A stretch of 64,000 nt of DNA from Vicugna vicugna (lineage: Eukaryota), in NCBI GenBank assembly GCA_013265495.1, contig MU057947.1, positions 444,048 through 508,047 of the forward strand, in the 5' to 3' direction. This document shows positions 24,289 to 36,300 of this stretch, piece after piece; positions within the stretch are counted from its first letter, which is position 1, and each line of letters starts with the position of its first letter. Under the pieces are notes generated by a model. The model searched no databases. It saw only the letters and a program-made list of their open reading frames with translations, and had not been told where the DNA came from. Both the position numbers and the translations under genes were made by a program.

Positions 24289-24453
24289 CAGTGTTTCTTA
24301 AAAGGTGCTCTGAGCCCTGCCAGCCTCGGAAATACCGAGGGTGCTCGTTAGAAAGGCAGACTATCTGGCCTTTTGTCAGCCCTGCTGGATCAGTCCCCGG
24401 GGACCTGTGTCTTTGCAAGCTCCCCGGGGGCCCCTAATGTTTGAGCATCTCTG
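24289..24453. mobile_element. MER5-like hAT-Charlie MITE
   Basis: Termini cagtgtttctta...tttgagcatctctg with internal gggtgctcgttagaaaggcagac. Confidence 0.5.
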
Positions 24454-25344
24454 GGGCAGCCTTTAGGGTCATCTGAGAAGCAGGGCCCTCCAGCCCACAG
24501 GCATGGGAGCGCCCCATCCAGATGGGCCCATCGGCAGCCGGCCTCGTTCTGAGTTGCCTGTGCTTTTGGGTCTGTGTACAGTTTTGTAACTCCTCAGAGA
24601 CATGTGAATCTCTTCGAATTGCAAAGCCAACGTGTTATCATAGCGTTACAGCTTTCGGTCTTGTGGTTATGACAGAAGATGCAGATGTTACCAAAACTTT
24701 GGCATTAGTTTTACAAACAAAGTGAAGCATGGACAGCCGTGTTCTGTTTCACTCCCGTCTTTCCTTCTGGATGGCTGGCCGCGCCGTTCCTCCCTCTGGG
24801 TGGAAGCATTTTCATGGTGTCAGGTGAGGGTTAACCTTCATGTATGCAACCAGATACAGTTTTGGGAAACTGAACTGAGTTTTTATTTATTAAGTGCCAG
24901 AGTTGCGTTGGGGAGAACACGGCGGGGGGATTCTGGCGGTGCCGTTTACTAGCCGGGTGGGCAGCTGTTAGCCCCCCGGCTGCCTCCTCATCTCTAGGTT
25001 GGCAGTGGTCACTGACTTTGTCTACCTGGACGAGCATAAGCACATGAAACGACTGATGAATATTTTGTAACATAGTAAGCACTGCCAGATAGAAATTTTA
25101 ATTTGGAAACCTAGTCTCACAGAAGGATGAGGCTAACTGGGAAAAGGGTGAGAAACTAACCAGTTGTGGCTTCCTTCCAGTCCAGTGAGCTTCCTTGTTT
25201 TCCCTCCAGTTCAGTCAGCATCCATGTCCCTGTATCCCACTCCGTCCAGTCAGCATCCTAGCTCTACGGAATTCCCTACCCAAGCCCTTGTTTGTGGTGC
25301 TGTACACGGGGTTAAGGTCGCATCCTCTGTGAACAAGTCTGATT

Positions 25345-25540
25345 CAGTTTGGACCCTGCTCCACTAATGACTGTCTGTGACCTTGAGTAAAGTCACATAA
25401 CGTTTCCTGAGCCTTGGTTTCTCCAAAAATCAGGAAGATGACATTCCTAGTCCTAGGACTGTTGGAGGATATTGGGACAGAATCCCATTTGGGGAACAAC
25501 CCAGGTCCGGCCCGTGGTGAGCCCTGAATGATAATTGTTG
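25345..25540 (+). mobile_element. MIR
   Basis: ctgtgaccttgagtaaagtcacataacgtttcctgagccttggtttctcc. Confidence 0.65.
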
Positions 25541-26125
25541 ACATTTGTTAACTCAGGCACAAAACTGTTTCTGCTGGAGGCAGGACGAGAGTGGGGTCTT
25601 CAAGTTTTGCTCCAGCGCCCAAGACATGCCACGCTTGTGTCTGATTCCTTGTGGCAGGACCTTCCTTTGGTCTGGATCCTCATGGTTTGCCAGATATCTA
25701 CAGTTCCTTCTGTCTCTAAGGAGGTGGTTTGCCCGGCTGCCTGTTTCTAGTTTTTTACAATGGATGGTTCGGGAGTGGCTGAAGTGGCCGGCCTCAAGGT
25801 GCTTCCCACCCAGGTGGCGGTGTCCAAGTGTGCAGGTGTGCGGTGCTGAGAGCCAGCGTGTGCTCTGTGGGCCCAGAGCAGGTGAGCTTAGCAGCTGTGT
25901 CCCCAGCGGGCCCAGCTCCGAACGCCCGAGTCCCTGTCTTCTGGGAGGCTTGACATCAGTCGTCTGTTCGCTGGAGAGAATTTCCTGGAGGAGAGACACC
26001 AAGTCTGACAGTGTCGGTGGCTGGGAACCGGCAGCGACACCCACACCTGAGTGAGGGGACCGTGCTGTGAGGGGAGTGCGGTGCGTTAGGTGAGCTCCGT
26101 GAGAACGAGAAATCCTGCAGTAGTT

Positions 26126-26158
26126 TGTGTGTGTGTGTGTGTCTCTCTCTCTCTCTCT
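26126..26158 (+). repeat. (TG)8(TC)8 compound microsatellite
   Basis: Read directly from the sequence. Confidence 0.9.
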
Positions 26159-29100
26159 ACACCCTCATATCAGGTTCAGCCTGGTAGACTTTCATTCCAG
26201 AAGATCCCGGTCAGTGTGATAGCAGTACCACTGATGGCGTTTACTGAAGGCCTGTGCCGGTGGCTTCTCCCAGCCTGTCTTGTGGAGTCCTTGAGGTCAC
26301 CTGGCGTGGGGACACTTGGGGTCTCTGTTCGGCACATGAGGAGGCTGCCTGGGTAGGACTTGGCAGCCCAGGTTTGTTTGTAACCAGTGCAGGCTTTTCA
26401 CCACTCACCTTGCCCGCTGCCCCTGAGGTGGTGAAGCAGAGAAACTGTCAGAAGTCCTCTTTGGGGCAAGAAATACATCACCTTTGTGTTCAGTTCAGTT
26501 ACGCTTTCTGGACACCAGTGTGGACATGCGCGCTCCTTTGCACTGTGGGAGAAACAGTGCACCCAAGTCTGTCCCTGCCCGAAGAGGCCCCCAGCCCCTC
26601 TTAGTGTGCACCCACCCCCCTGGGAGAGCTGACTGCAGTGAGGGGTGGTGACAGCCCCTGTGTGTGTTTGCTGCTTATCACAGGCAGTCGGACGCACTGC
26701 ATACCTCCTTTGGGAGTAGGGGTTTAGTGCTGTGGGCGCCAGAGGAGAGGGAGTGTCCAGGTGCCAGGCCGTGTCTCAGGCTCCAGCCACACTCCTCACC
26801 ACATCCCCGCTGGCCAGGGACCTGCTTCTGGTCCAGTGGGCGGGATGGACTAAGCATTTGTGCAGAGGCTGTAAGGTTTCTCTCTCGGAGGCGGGTGGGG
26901 ACGTGTCAGGAGTTCACTTGGAGGCCGTGGGGCGTGGCCTTAGGGTGCTAAGGGAGCCTGAAATTTGGAGTGGGGCCAGCCCTGGAGGGTCCTGGGTGCT
27001 GTGCTAAGGAAGGGGGCTATTCCGAGCTTGGTTAGTGGGGGACAGTGAGTGGGGTCCCGGGTGGGCATGTGTCAGGGAGGATGGGGAGGCAGGACAGGCT
27101 GCTGCCCAGCATGGTGCCCACAGCTGGACTAGTGCCCCAAAGTCTCCACGTCCGTGCGTGTCACCTGGTTAGACCACGACAGCAGAGGGGAGGCTGGGGG
27201 GGGCAGGGAATCAGAGGAAGTATGGTCCTGTGTGGGCATCTCCATCCCGGGACGGGGCAGGGGCCCTTACTTGTGTTCCTGAGGCTTTTCACTCTCCAGT
27301 GAAGCTCCTAGAATAAAGGGCAGGAACAGAAATGATGTATTTCCAGAAGTTACTGAATTTAGCTAGCCATCCCGGGAAAAGCCCAGGTGTGCTGTTCTTT
27401 ACTGTGCAGAAAAATTTTTTTCTATCGCCGTCCTGTGATCATCAGATTAAGCTGTCGAGTCAGATGGATGCGCAGTGTGCGTGCTGATGACCAGGACGCA
27501 CACCTGCTCGGCCCGCCAGGCTCCAGGCCGCCCCAGGGGCAGGTGTCCCTGGGGAGGGGTCAGCCCATGGGGAGGGGGCCAGCCCACGGAGTGGGCCACT
27601 CTAGGGAGGCTGCACTGATGAAGTGACTTTTGAAATTTGTTGCAAGAACTGTTACTTAGAACTAAAATGCAGGTTCTAAAATGAAGTCAATGTTCCTAAA
27701 ATTCAACACAGCCCACCCTTTTGGGTGTGATCAGCCACTATTATGGTCCTCTTCTGTCTGGCAGGACAGACTCCGTCCTGGGTGACCAGCAGTTTACTGG
27801 GATGCAGTACTTTGGGCTAAAATGGGAAGTCTGTGCAAGCCAGGTGGTGGTCGCCCTGGACACTCGTGTTCCCGGGACCCGGGTGGCCTCCTCGCTGTTA
27901 CTCCCTCCAGCTTGGGTCCACTTAGGTCTTGAGTCACAATCAGTAGTTTATTTTCTTTCTTTCTTTCTTTCTTTTTTTTTCCTACAAAAGGAAGGGCTTT
28001 AAAGACTTCCTCTTAGCTTTTTAAAAAGTTTGTTTATTTTTGCTGTGAGTGTAATTAGAACATTTCTCAGAGCCTCCGTGACTGCCCTTGGACCGGGTTG
28101 CCCGTGCTCCCCTCCCGGCGCTCTCCGGGCTGTCTCACACCAGGAACGCCCCCAAAGGTTCTGACTCCTCAGTGATTGTCTTTCCCTTCTGTGTGTTAAG
28201 GTTTCTTGCTAAGAAAACCTTCTTTGGGCCTGAGGTGCTTTGGTATCATGACAGTCCAGACAGGCTGGGTTCTTGGAAAGATTAGTTAAATAATCTTTTC
28301 TGTTGGTCAGAAACAGGTGTTTCCAGTGGCGGGGTGTTGGAAGCAGCTGTCTGATGGGCTCCCGTGGTGCCCCGGTGTTCGCACAGGAACTCCCAGGTGC
28401 TTGTTGAAAACCCGCGTCGTGGCTGCGTGTTGCTGCTCTGTTTTGACCCCTGGGTGCTCACCACCTCCCTGCGCTTGGTCATTGTGACTCAGAACCTCAG
28501 GACACAGGCTCCAGGCTGCCCGGAGTTTACCTCATCTGGAGGGCACCTTTGGGAAACCGGGTAAGTTGTCTGCCAGGGCCAGGCCACTTCTGTTCAGCTC
28601 TCAGACGTGAGGCTGCCTCTTGGGGCGTGAAACAGAGTGCACAGGGGCCCTGGATCTGATTGTTGAGAATTTCTCATCTCACTTCCCTCCACACCTGATG
28701 GGAAGCTTCCTGGCTCCAGCCTCAGGACCTTAGTTCCTTTTCCTCGCAGCCTCCCTGCTTCTGTCCCCGAGGGACGCCTGCCCCACGGGGCTCTGGGAGC
28801 GTGGCACTCAGGCGGACATGAGGGACGAGTGCACCTCGTCCCCTCTCTGTTGAAGGCAGCGGTCTGTAAATGCTCCAGGGTAACCCCTCTTTCCCACCCA
28901 GGTCCCACGTGAAGTGAGCCTGTGAGACCCACGTTGATGCCACCTCCAGCCCAACACCCCCCTTCGTCTGGCACCTTCTCTGGAAGTCTGTGCACCAGCC
29001 CTTTGCTCTGCGAGTGGATGGCAGGAGGCCCTAGAGAACCCACTGCTCACGCCTGGGGGTCCTCTTCCGATCCAGCCCGAACCTGGGCACCCTCTGCTCC

Positions 29101-29287
29101 CAGGCTTCCTCTGAACCCTTCCTGTGCCAGCTTTTCGGGAAGCCTCTTCAGCCCCCTCGTGCTTCCTCCCTGCAGGCCCATCACTCTCACACTCAGGTTT
29201 CCATTTACTTGTGTGGGTTTTGCCGCCTGAGCCCTGCTTGGGGCCTCAGCCTGACGGAAGGCCCAGGAAAGGGTGCAAAACACGGTT

Positions 29288-29644
29288 AGCGTTGGACTGA
29301 ACGTGCCCCTGAGATTCATATGTGGAAGCCCTCACTCCCAGTGGGACTGCATTTGGAGATGGAGCCTTTAGGAGGTAGTTAGGAATAAATGAGTTGTTAA
29401 GATGGGCCCCTAATCTGATAGGACTGGTGGCCTTATTAAAGAAGAGAGAGCTCTTCACCGTGTGCGGGCACAGGGAGAACGGGGCTGCCTGCGAGCCAGG
29501 AAGAGGGTCCTCACCAGAAACCAAATCAGCAGGAACCTTGATCTTGGACTTTCCAGCCTCCATAACCGTGAGAAGATAAATTCCCGTTGTTTAAGCCACT
29601 CAGTGTGTGATACTCTGTCATAGCAGCCTGGGCTGGCTGATACA
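29288..29644 (+). mobile_element. MLT1A-type MaLR solo LTR
   Basis: attcatatgtggaagccct...atttggagatggagccttt...accttgatcttggactttccagcctcca...gtttaagccactcag...atagcagcctgggctggctgataca. Confidence 0.92.
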
Positions 29645-31829
29645 GGGTGAGGTGCAGACAAAGGCTGTTCCAGAAGCACAGAACCCATTAGGGGTTTGTG
29701 TGTGAAGTCGGAATTTGGGGACAAGGATTACACTGTAATCAGATGGTGCTCAAAAGTCGTACCGGTCTGTTCTCAGGTTTGCCCCTTGGCATCCCAGAAG
29801 GAGAGCGTGGGTAGGAGTAAGACAGCGTGGGCACAGACCTGTCTCCCTACCAGGTTCCTAGAGGTCGCAGAAGGGAGGTTTGGCAGGCGGGGCGGGAGAC
29901 CCCCGGAGAACCAGGCCTGGCGCTGGATGGGCTTGATCCACCTGGTCGAGGCCTCAGTCCCCAAGGGAAGAGGAGAGGTGGGGGGTGGGGCTTGGGCTCA
30001 ACGCCGGGACAGCTGGCTTTCTTAGGCAGGAGGGGGAGCTCTGGAGCCAGCCCACAGCTGTTGGGGCTGTGGGACTTGTTGGTTGGGAATTTTGTTGGTT
30101 GGTTGACTTTTTTTTCCCGTTGATATTGGTCCGTTCATTCTCTACTGCTGCCTGGACCAAGGAGCAGCATGCGGTCATTCTGTTGGACACCAGCAAGAAT
30201 TCTAAGAGCCTTGCAGTTTACTGCTTTCACGCTAAGACGTCTCTCTCGAGGGTTTTTGGGGGTCTCTTTTGAGTTGGGGACTTCGGAAGACATTTCTCAG
30301 TGGAAGCCAGCGGGCCTACACGTATACCAGACTGGCTTGCATTACGTCTGTGGCCATTGATGGGGCACATAGTAAAGATGAGAGATTTCAGTTCACTTCT
30401 GCCCCAGTCACCCATCCGCTGTTCACGAGCTGTGTTGTCGGTAAGCAGAGTGTATCAGATACGTGGGCATTTTTAGGAAGCTGCAAAGAAAACTCAAGTT
30501 GTAAACTTTGACCCAGTGGACCTTGCCACTTCTGAGCTCTGACCCTCTGTGTCCTTACGGTGTGGCCAGCACTGCACCCTCGAATCTGCTCTGGGGGCCC
30601 GGCGGTGGCCAGGAGGGACAGCTGTGTTCAGGGCAGGATAAATGAGCGTCCTGGGCGAGGTTGTGTGCTGTGCTTCACGTGGTGCTGTGAACATTTGAGA
30701 TGCAGATTTGAATTCTCAGTTGTGTTTTACTTACTTGTTTATTAGCACAGCTACGTTTGTTGTTTAAGTCCATGGCGAGCATCTCTAAGATTGTGATTAA
30801 CCTTGAGGGCCATGTTATAATGAAATTATTAGTGACTGGTCCTGTTTATCCTTGCAGTCAGAGGCGCGCTGGTGTGGTATGTCATTGGGTCCGTTTCTTT
30901 TCTTACATGTTGTAAACGTGATTCTGTGGCAGCAGGAGTGTCAGTTTGTTACCAGGACAGACTTGGGGAATCTCAGATATGAGACCAGTTTTATGTAATG
31001 ATTGTGACTTGTAGCGTTCCTTGCGTGACTTAGGTTAATGTTGGCAAGGCGTGTTAACATCTCCCGCCACCAGTGGTCAGGCGGGGTGTGTGATAATTGA
31101 TCTTCCTGGGTGCGCAGTAACGTAAAAACAATTCAGGCTGTTGGGAGTGTATTTTACAAGTGTGCGTTGGGCCTTAGGGATGTTGTATTGAAAAACCCAA
31201 TTGTACAGTTACCATGGGAACCCAACTAGAATAGATTGCTTGGTTTTATTTTATTTTATTTGGTGGGGGGTGGTCTTCTTTCATTTTGACCAAAGAGCTA
31301 ATTTGTTTTAAATGTTTTCATATGGAATTGTATTCATACACTGACTTGTTACACCAAAGCATTCTCCCCACCCCGCCTTGTTTCCAGCTTTAAGCTGAAG
31401 TGGTGATCCGTTCCCTAGTGGTGGTTTGTGAGCAGGTCTCCAGGAGAGACTTAATCAGCATCTTGTGGGAGAGTTTATAGAGGTGGTGGAGGAGGTGGAG
31501 GTGGAGGTGATGGCGGCAAGCATTTGAAGATCTGGGAAGGTGGGCATTTTCCTGTGACAGCAGACAGGGCCCTGGTGTCCCTCCGGTCGTGCTCTGGACG
31601 TCGGATGGGGATACAGGTGTGCTCCTCAGTTCTCCCGCTCGTTTGCAGGTGGGGGACTGGGTCCTGAAGGGCCCTGGGTTTCGGGAGTGGAGTCAGCAGG
31701 TGTGGCAGGGCAGGACTGGGTCACACGTTCTTTCCTCCACACCTGTGTTCCTGTCACGGTTTGGGCTCAGAGACCTTCTGTGCTCTTAAAGCACATCAGG
31801 GATTCCAGAGCCACATAGCAGTCCTTACC

Positions 31830-32610
31830 TACTGCATTAAAAGTTAACATTGAAAAATTTAAAAATATTAATTCATTTAAGCAACAGTGAACCTATCACA
31901 TTTTAACAATGAATAACACATTTAAAATGAAAAGTAACTCTGTTTTACATGAAGAACCAATTAGTGAGATGAATGATATTGGTTTACCTGTTTTTTCAAA
32001 TCTTTTAAACAACTGCGAGTGAGAAGGCAGCTCGATTCTCATCTGCTTTTGCGTCCCGTCTGCTGCACAAGTGGTTCTGGTTGGAGTGTCAGAGAGCCTG
32101 GCTTCACACAAGCAAGTAACTGGAAAAGGGAGAGACGTTTAATATCCTTTGAAGGTAGTTTTCACATAATGGTGGGTCTCTTGGACACCACATCAAAGTG
32201 GCAGTCTCTGGGAGGGTCACTGCTGTGTGGCGTGTGAGCCTGTGCGCTTTTGGCAACCATCACATGAGAAAAGTCCGCTTGTACAGAGTGCGTTGTGACT
32301 TTGCAACATCACTCATCGGTCCTTTGGAAAATGCCGGTTTGCTGAATTGTACGGACCTTCTAAATGTTGGCATGTTTCATAACAGAGTGTTGAAAAGTTA
32401 CTGTCACCATTTTTCTCCTTGGAAACGTCTTAGAACTGGGAGGCTGTCAGGCCCTGGGGGTGGACACAGGGTCCCCGAGGTTGTCGTCATCAGCTCGGAG
32501 GCTGTCGTTTTGTTGTTAGCAGCAAACTGCTGGTGTGTGACTCACAGAGACGGGCTCACTGTGTATGTTTTTGAGAAAATATCCCAGAAACTGTAGGTCG
32601 TTAGTCATTC
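31830..32610. mobile_element. Charlie1-family hAT DNA transposon fragment
   Basis: Colinear with the recalled Charlie1a consensus (gaaggcagctcgattctcatctgct; ggaaaatgccggtttgctgaattg; tttttgagaaaat). Confidence 0.8.
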
Positions 32611-32614
32611 ATGC

Positions 32615-35150
32615 TCGTATTTTGTGTTTTCCAAAGAATTTGGCCATTTCATCTAAGCCATTGAATTTTTTGGCCTAAAGCTACTTTAATATTCTTTTGC
32701 TGTCCTTTTAGTGTTTGTGGGATTTTAAATCATGCCTTTATTTTTATTACTGATATTGCTAATTGTGTTTTCTCCCCCCACCCCGTTGGTCTGGTTAAAG
32801 GTGTTTCAGTTTTGTTTTGTTTGTTTGCTTTTTGAAGACTCAACTTTTGTTATCGTTGGTTTTTGTCTCTTTTTCGTTTTCCTGACGGCTGCTTTGATAT
32901 TCATTACCCCCTCTCTCTGCTTGCTTTGGTTTAGTTTGCTTTCTCCTCTGCAGCTTGTTAAGGCAGAAGCTTAAGTTGAGCCCTTCTGTCTTTTCTTACG
33001 TTAATATTCAGTGCTACAAAGGGCCCTCGAAGCACTGCTTTAGCCGCGCCCCACAGAGGGCTCTGCTGGGTTTTCATTTCCATTCAGTGTGATGTGTTTT
33101 CCATTTCCCTTGGGATTTCTTTACTGCGAGGGTTGCCGAGAAGCATATGCTGTCTCATTTCCAGGTCGGCGGGGACTTTCCCGACACCTGCCTGTCACTG
33201 ATCTCCAGTTTAATTACCTTGTGGTCAGAGGACGTGCTTCTTACGATCTCAGCCCTCCTAAGTGTACTGAGAGTTGTTCTGCGGCCCAGAATGCGTGCGT
33301 GCTCTTGACAGCAGTGCACGCTCTGCGGCGTTTGGGGGGAGTGCGCCTTTAAGTGGTAGTTGGGTCAGGTTCTTCGTCGCTGGTGGTGTTGAGATATTCT
33401 GTCTTCTTGCTGCTTTCGTCTCCCTGTTCTGTAAATTGTTAGGAAAAGAGTGTTGAAATCTCCAGCCGTGACTGGGGGTTTGTCTGCTCCCCCTTTCATT
33501 CTCAGCTCTGCCGCAGGGGTTTCGTACGCTTTCATTAGGTGTGTGCATATGTAGAATTTTATGTCCATTTGGTGCATCAACCCCTCGCTCCTTTAAGGCC
33601 TTCAGTCCCAGAAATTTCTCTGTTTTGAAACTGTGTTTGATATTAAGATAGCCACTCCAGCTTTCTTTCCATTACTGTCTCTGTGGTGAATGTTTTCCCA
33701 TTCTTTCACATTTAATTTATTTTGCCATTATATTTAACGCGTGTTTCTTGCAGACAGCACACCAGTCTTAAGACGGTGTTTTATTAAAGTCAAGTGTTCA
33801 GATCATTTACATGTTGTGTAATTATCATGTGGTTCAAGTGCACTGTCTTGATGATTTGTTTTCTTTTCATCCCGTTTGTTCTTTCACCCCCGCCCCTCAT
33901 TTTCCTGACTTCTTTTGGATTATTTGAACTTTTTTAATGATTTCGGTTTATCGTTTATCTACACACTTGGCTTATTGGCCGTCCCCACACACCCCCTTTT
34001 TTTTTAAGGTTGTTGCTCTGGGCTGTGCCATGTTCGCATTTAGCTCCCCACAACCTGCATTCACACCCTCTGACTCACCGTCACAGACAGTGTAAGAACC
34101 TCACATCGCTGTACTTCAATTGCCCTTGTCCCATATTTTTTGTTGTATTCATTTAATATATTTTATTTCCACATATGTTATAAACTCCAAAATATGCTCT
34201 TATCATTTTTGCTTTAGGCAGGCAGTTATCTCTTCATGAGTTAAAAAATAGGAAAAAACTCAGCGTGTACATCTATTTGCATGTTTACCGTTTCTCATGC
34301 CCTTCGCTCCTTTGTGTGAATCTGAGTTTCCCTCTGGCATCATCTTGATGCCCAAAGGACCTGCTGCAGTGTTTCTCAGGTGCCAGTCGGCTGGTGTGTG
34401 ACTTGTCTTACTTTTTTTTCCTTTTGAAAAAGACTGTTTCACTTTCATTCTTGAATGATACTTTGCTGCTTACAGAATTCTAGATTGATCTTTTTTTCTT
34501 TCCTTTCCGTGCTTTCAATATGTTGTTCCATTGTGTCCTGCCTGGCGTGGGTTCTGATGATCGGTCAGTTGTGCTTGGTTTTGTGCCTCTGTGTGTAATC
34601 TGTCTTCTTTCCCCTCTTCTGACCGCTTTTCAGGTTTTTCCTTTATCACTTGTTTTCAGCAATTTGCTTATGATTTGCCTCGGTTTCATTTTCTTTACGT
34701 TTCTTCTGTTTTGATTTCACTGAGTTTCTTGTATTAGTGAGCATGGGTTTTTCCCATCACATTTGAAGAAACAGCTAATGCTTTTTCAGGTATTTTTCCG
34801 CCTGTTTCTGGGACTCCAGTTGCCTTGGCGTGGGACTGCTCAGTGTTGTCCCACATCCTCCTGACGCCCTGTTCATTTTCTTCACTTTTGTCTTCTTTCT
34901 CTTCCTGGATGGTTTAGAAAATGTTCTCTCTTAACTTTCACTCAGTTTTTCCCCTTCTGCTGTATCTGATTTGTTAATCGCATCAGGTGTGTTTTTCACT
35001 TTAGATCTTGTATTTTACATCTTAGTTCCTTTTGGGTCTCTTTTGTATCTTCCGGTTTTTTCATCATGTTTATGTTTTCCTCTTAACTTCTTGAACACAC
35101 GGGATGTACTTGTAATAGCTGTTTTAACCCAGGCATGCTGGCTTCAGAGC
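32615..35150 (-). mobile_element. Old L1M fragment (ORF2 5' part / ORF1 region), antisense
   Basis: T-rich antisense L1 motifs; minus ORF 33365 contains AGDFNT (L1 endonuclease GDFN motif). Confidence 0.85.
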
Positions 35151-35299
35151 CCAGGACCTTTAGTGGCTGCATTTTGTGACAGCTGTTTTGGCCGACAAAA
35201 GGCTTTTTTGCTTGTTTCCTGACTCTTGGCTGTGTTTAGGTAGTTGTGGTGGCCAGAGGACATGTATCCTCTGCAGTCGCCTCCTCAGACCCTTCGTCC

Positions 35300-35712
35300 C
35301 TGCGTTCCTCTTGGCGTGTCCTCTTGTTACTGATCATCGGGGCATTTTGTATATTCTGGATCCTGATCCTTGTCAGTCCCACCGCTGCAATTCTCTCCTC
35401 CTAGAGCTTAACTTTTTACTTTCTTTCCTGTGCCTTCTGACTCACAGGCGTCCTTAGTTCTCAGACAGTTTTGCACATCATTGAACCTGTGCTGCTCTCC
35501 ACGTGTGGTTCCGTTTCTGCGTTAGTGCCGCGCCGTACCCATTCCCGTGGCTTTAGGCTCACGCCTGAAATCCGGGTGAGGATCTTGCATCTTGCTCATC
35601 CTACAGGTTTCAGAAGCAGCTTGTCAGGTTCTTAGAAGGAGCCTTCAGTGTCTCTGTGGGAGGCACCTGGATCTGTAGATCGTGTGAGGAGAACAACGTC
35701 TTTAGGAGCATG

Positions 35713-35746
<34 letters not shown>

Positions 35747-36300
35747 ATGAAGGTGGTCTTTAGTGTCTCTCAGATGTTAACAGTTTTTTTTTCCCACAAA
35801 GAGCTCCTCCGTCTTTTCTAATGCTTTTCCCAGGTCCCAGGTCCTCATTGTCTTGTTGTTTCTGTTGCTATTAGAAGTGGTGGGTTTTTTGTTTTTTAGA
35901 TTAGATGTTCTTTATGATTGGTGTTTGGAAGTACTGTTGAGTTTTGTGTGCTCATCTTACATCCAGTTTCCCTGCTAAGTTCTCTTTGTAATTTTAATGT
36001 GCTCTATGCACAACCTGTGGTTTTCTCTGTGGGCGGTCGTATCACCCATGAGTGAGAGTTCTGCTTGCCTTCCTGCTCTGTTAATCAGTTATTTCTCTCA
36101 CTGGGAGGTTGTGCCAGCCAGGACCTCCAGTGCCATGCTAAGTAAAGAAAGATACGGTGATAACTGATGTACTTACCTTATTACTTATTTTAAAGAGAAA
36201 GCTGCTAATTTTTCACCACCCAAAGTGATGCTTGCTGTGGGCTTTTGGTAGAAAGGAAGTTTCCTTTGTCCGAGAAATTTTTAAAAGTCATTACTGGGCT
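35300..36300 (-). mobile_element. Highly decayed L1ME-like fragments, antisense
   Basis: ttgtatattctggatcctgatccttgtcag; cagcttgtcaggttc; atgcttgctgtgggcttttggtaga. Confidence 0.55.
35716..35744 (+). repeat. (TG)14 microsatellite
   Basis: Read directly from the sequence. Confidence 0.95.
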
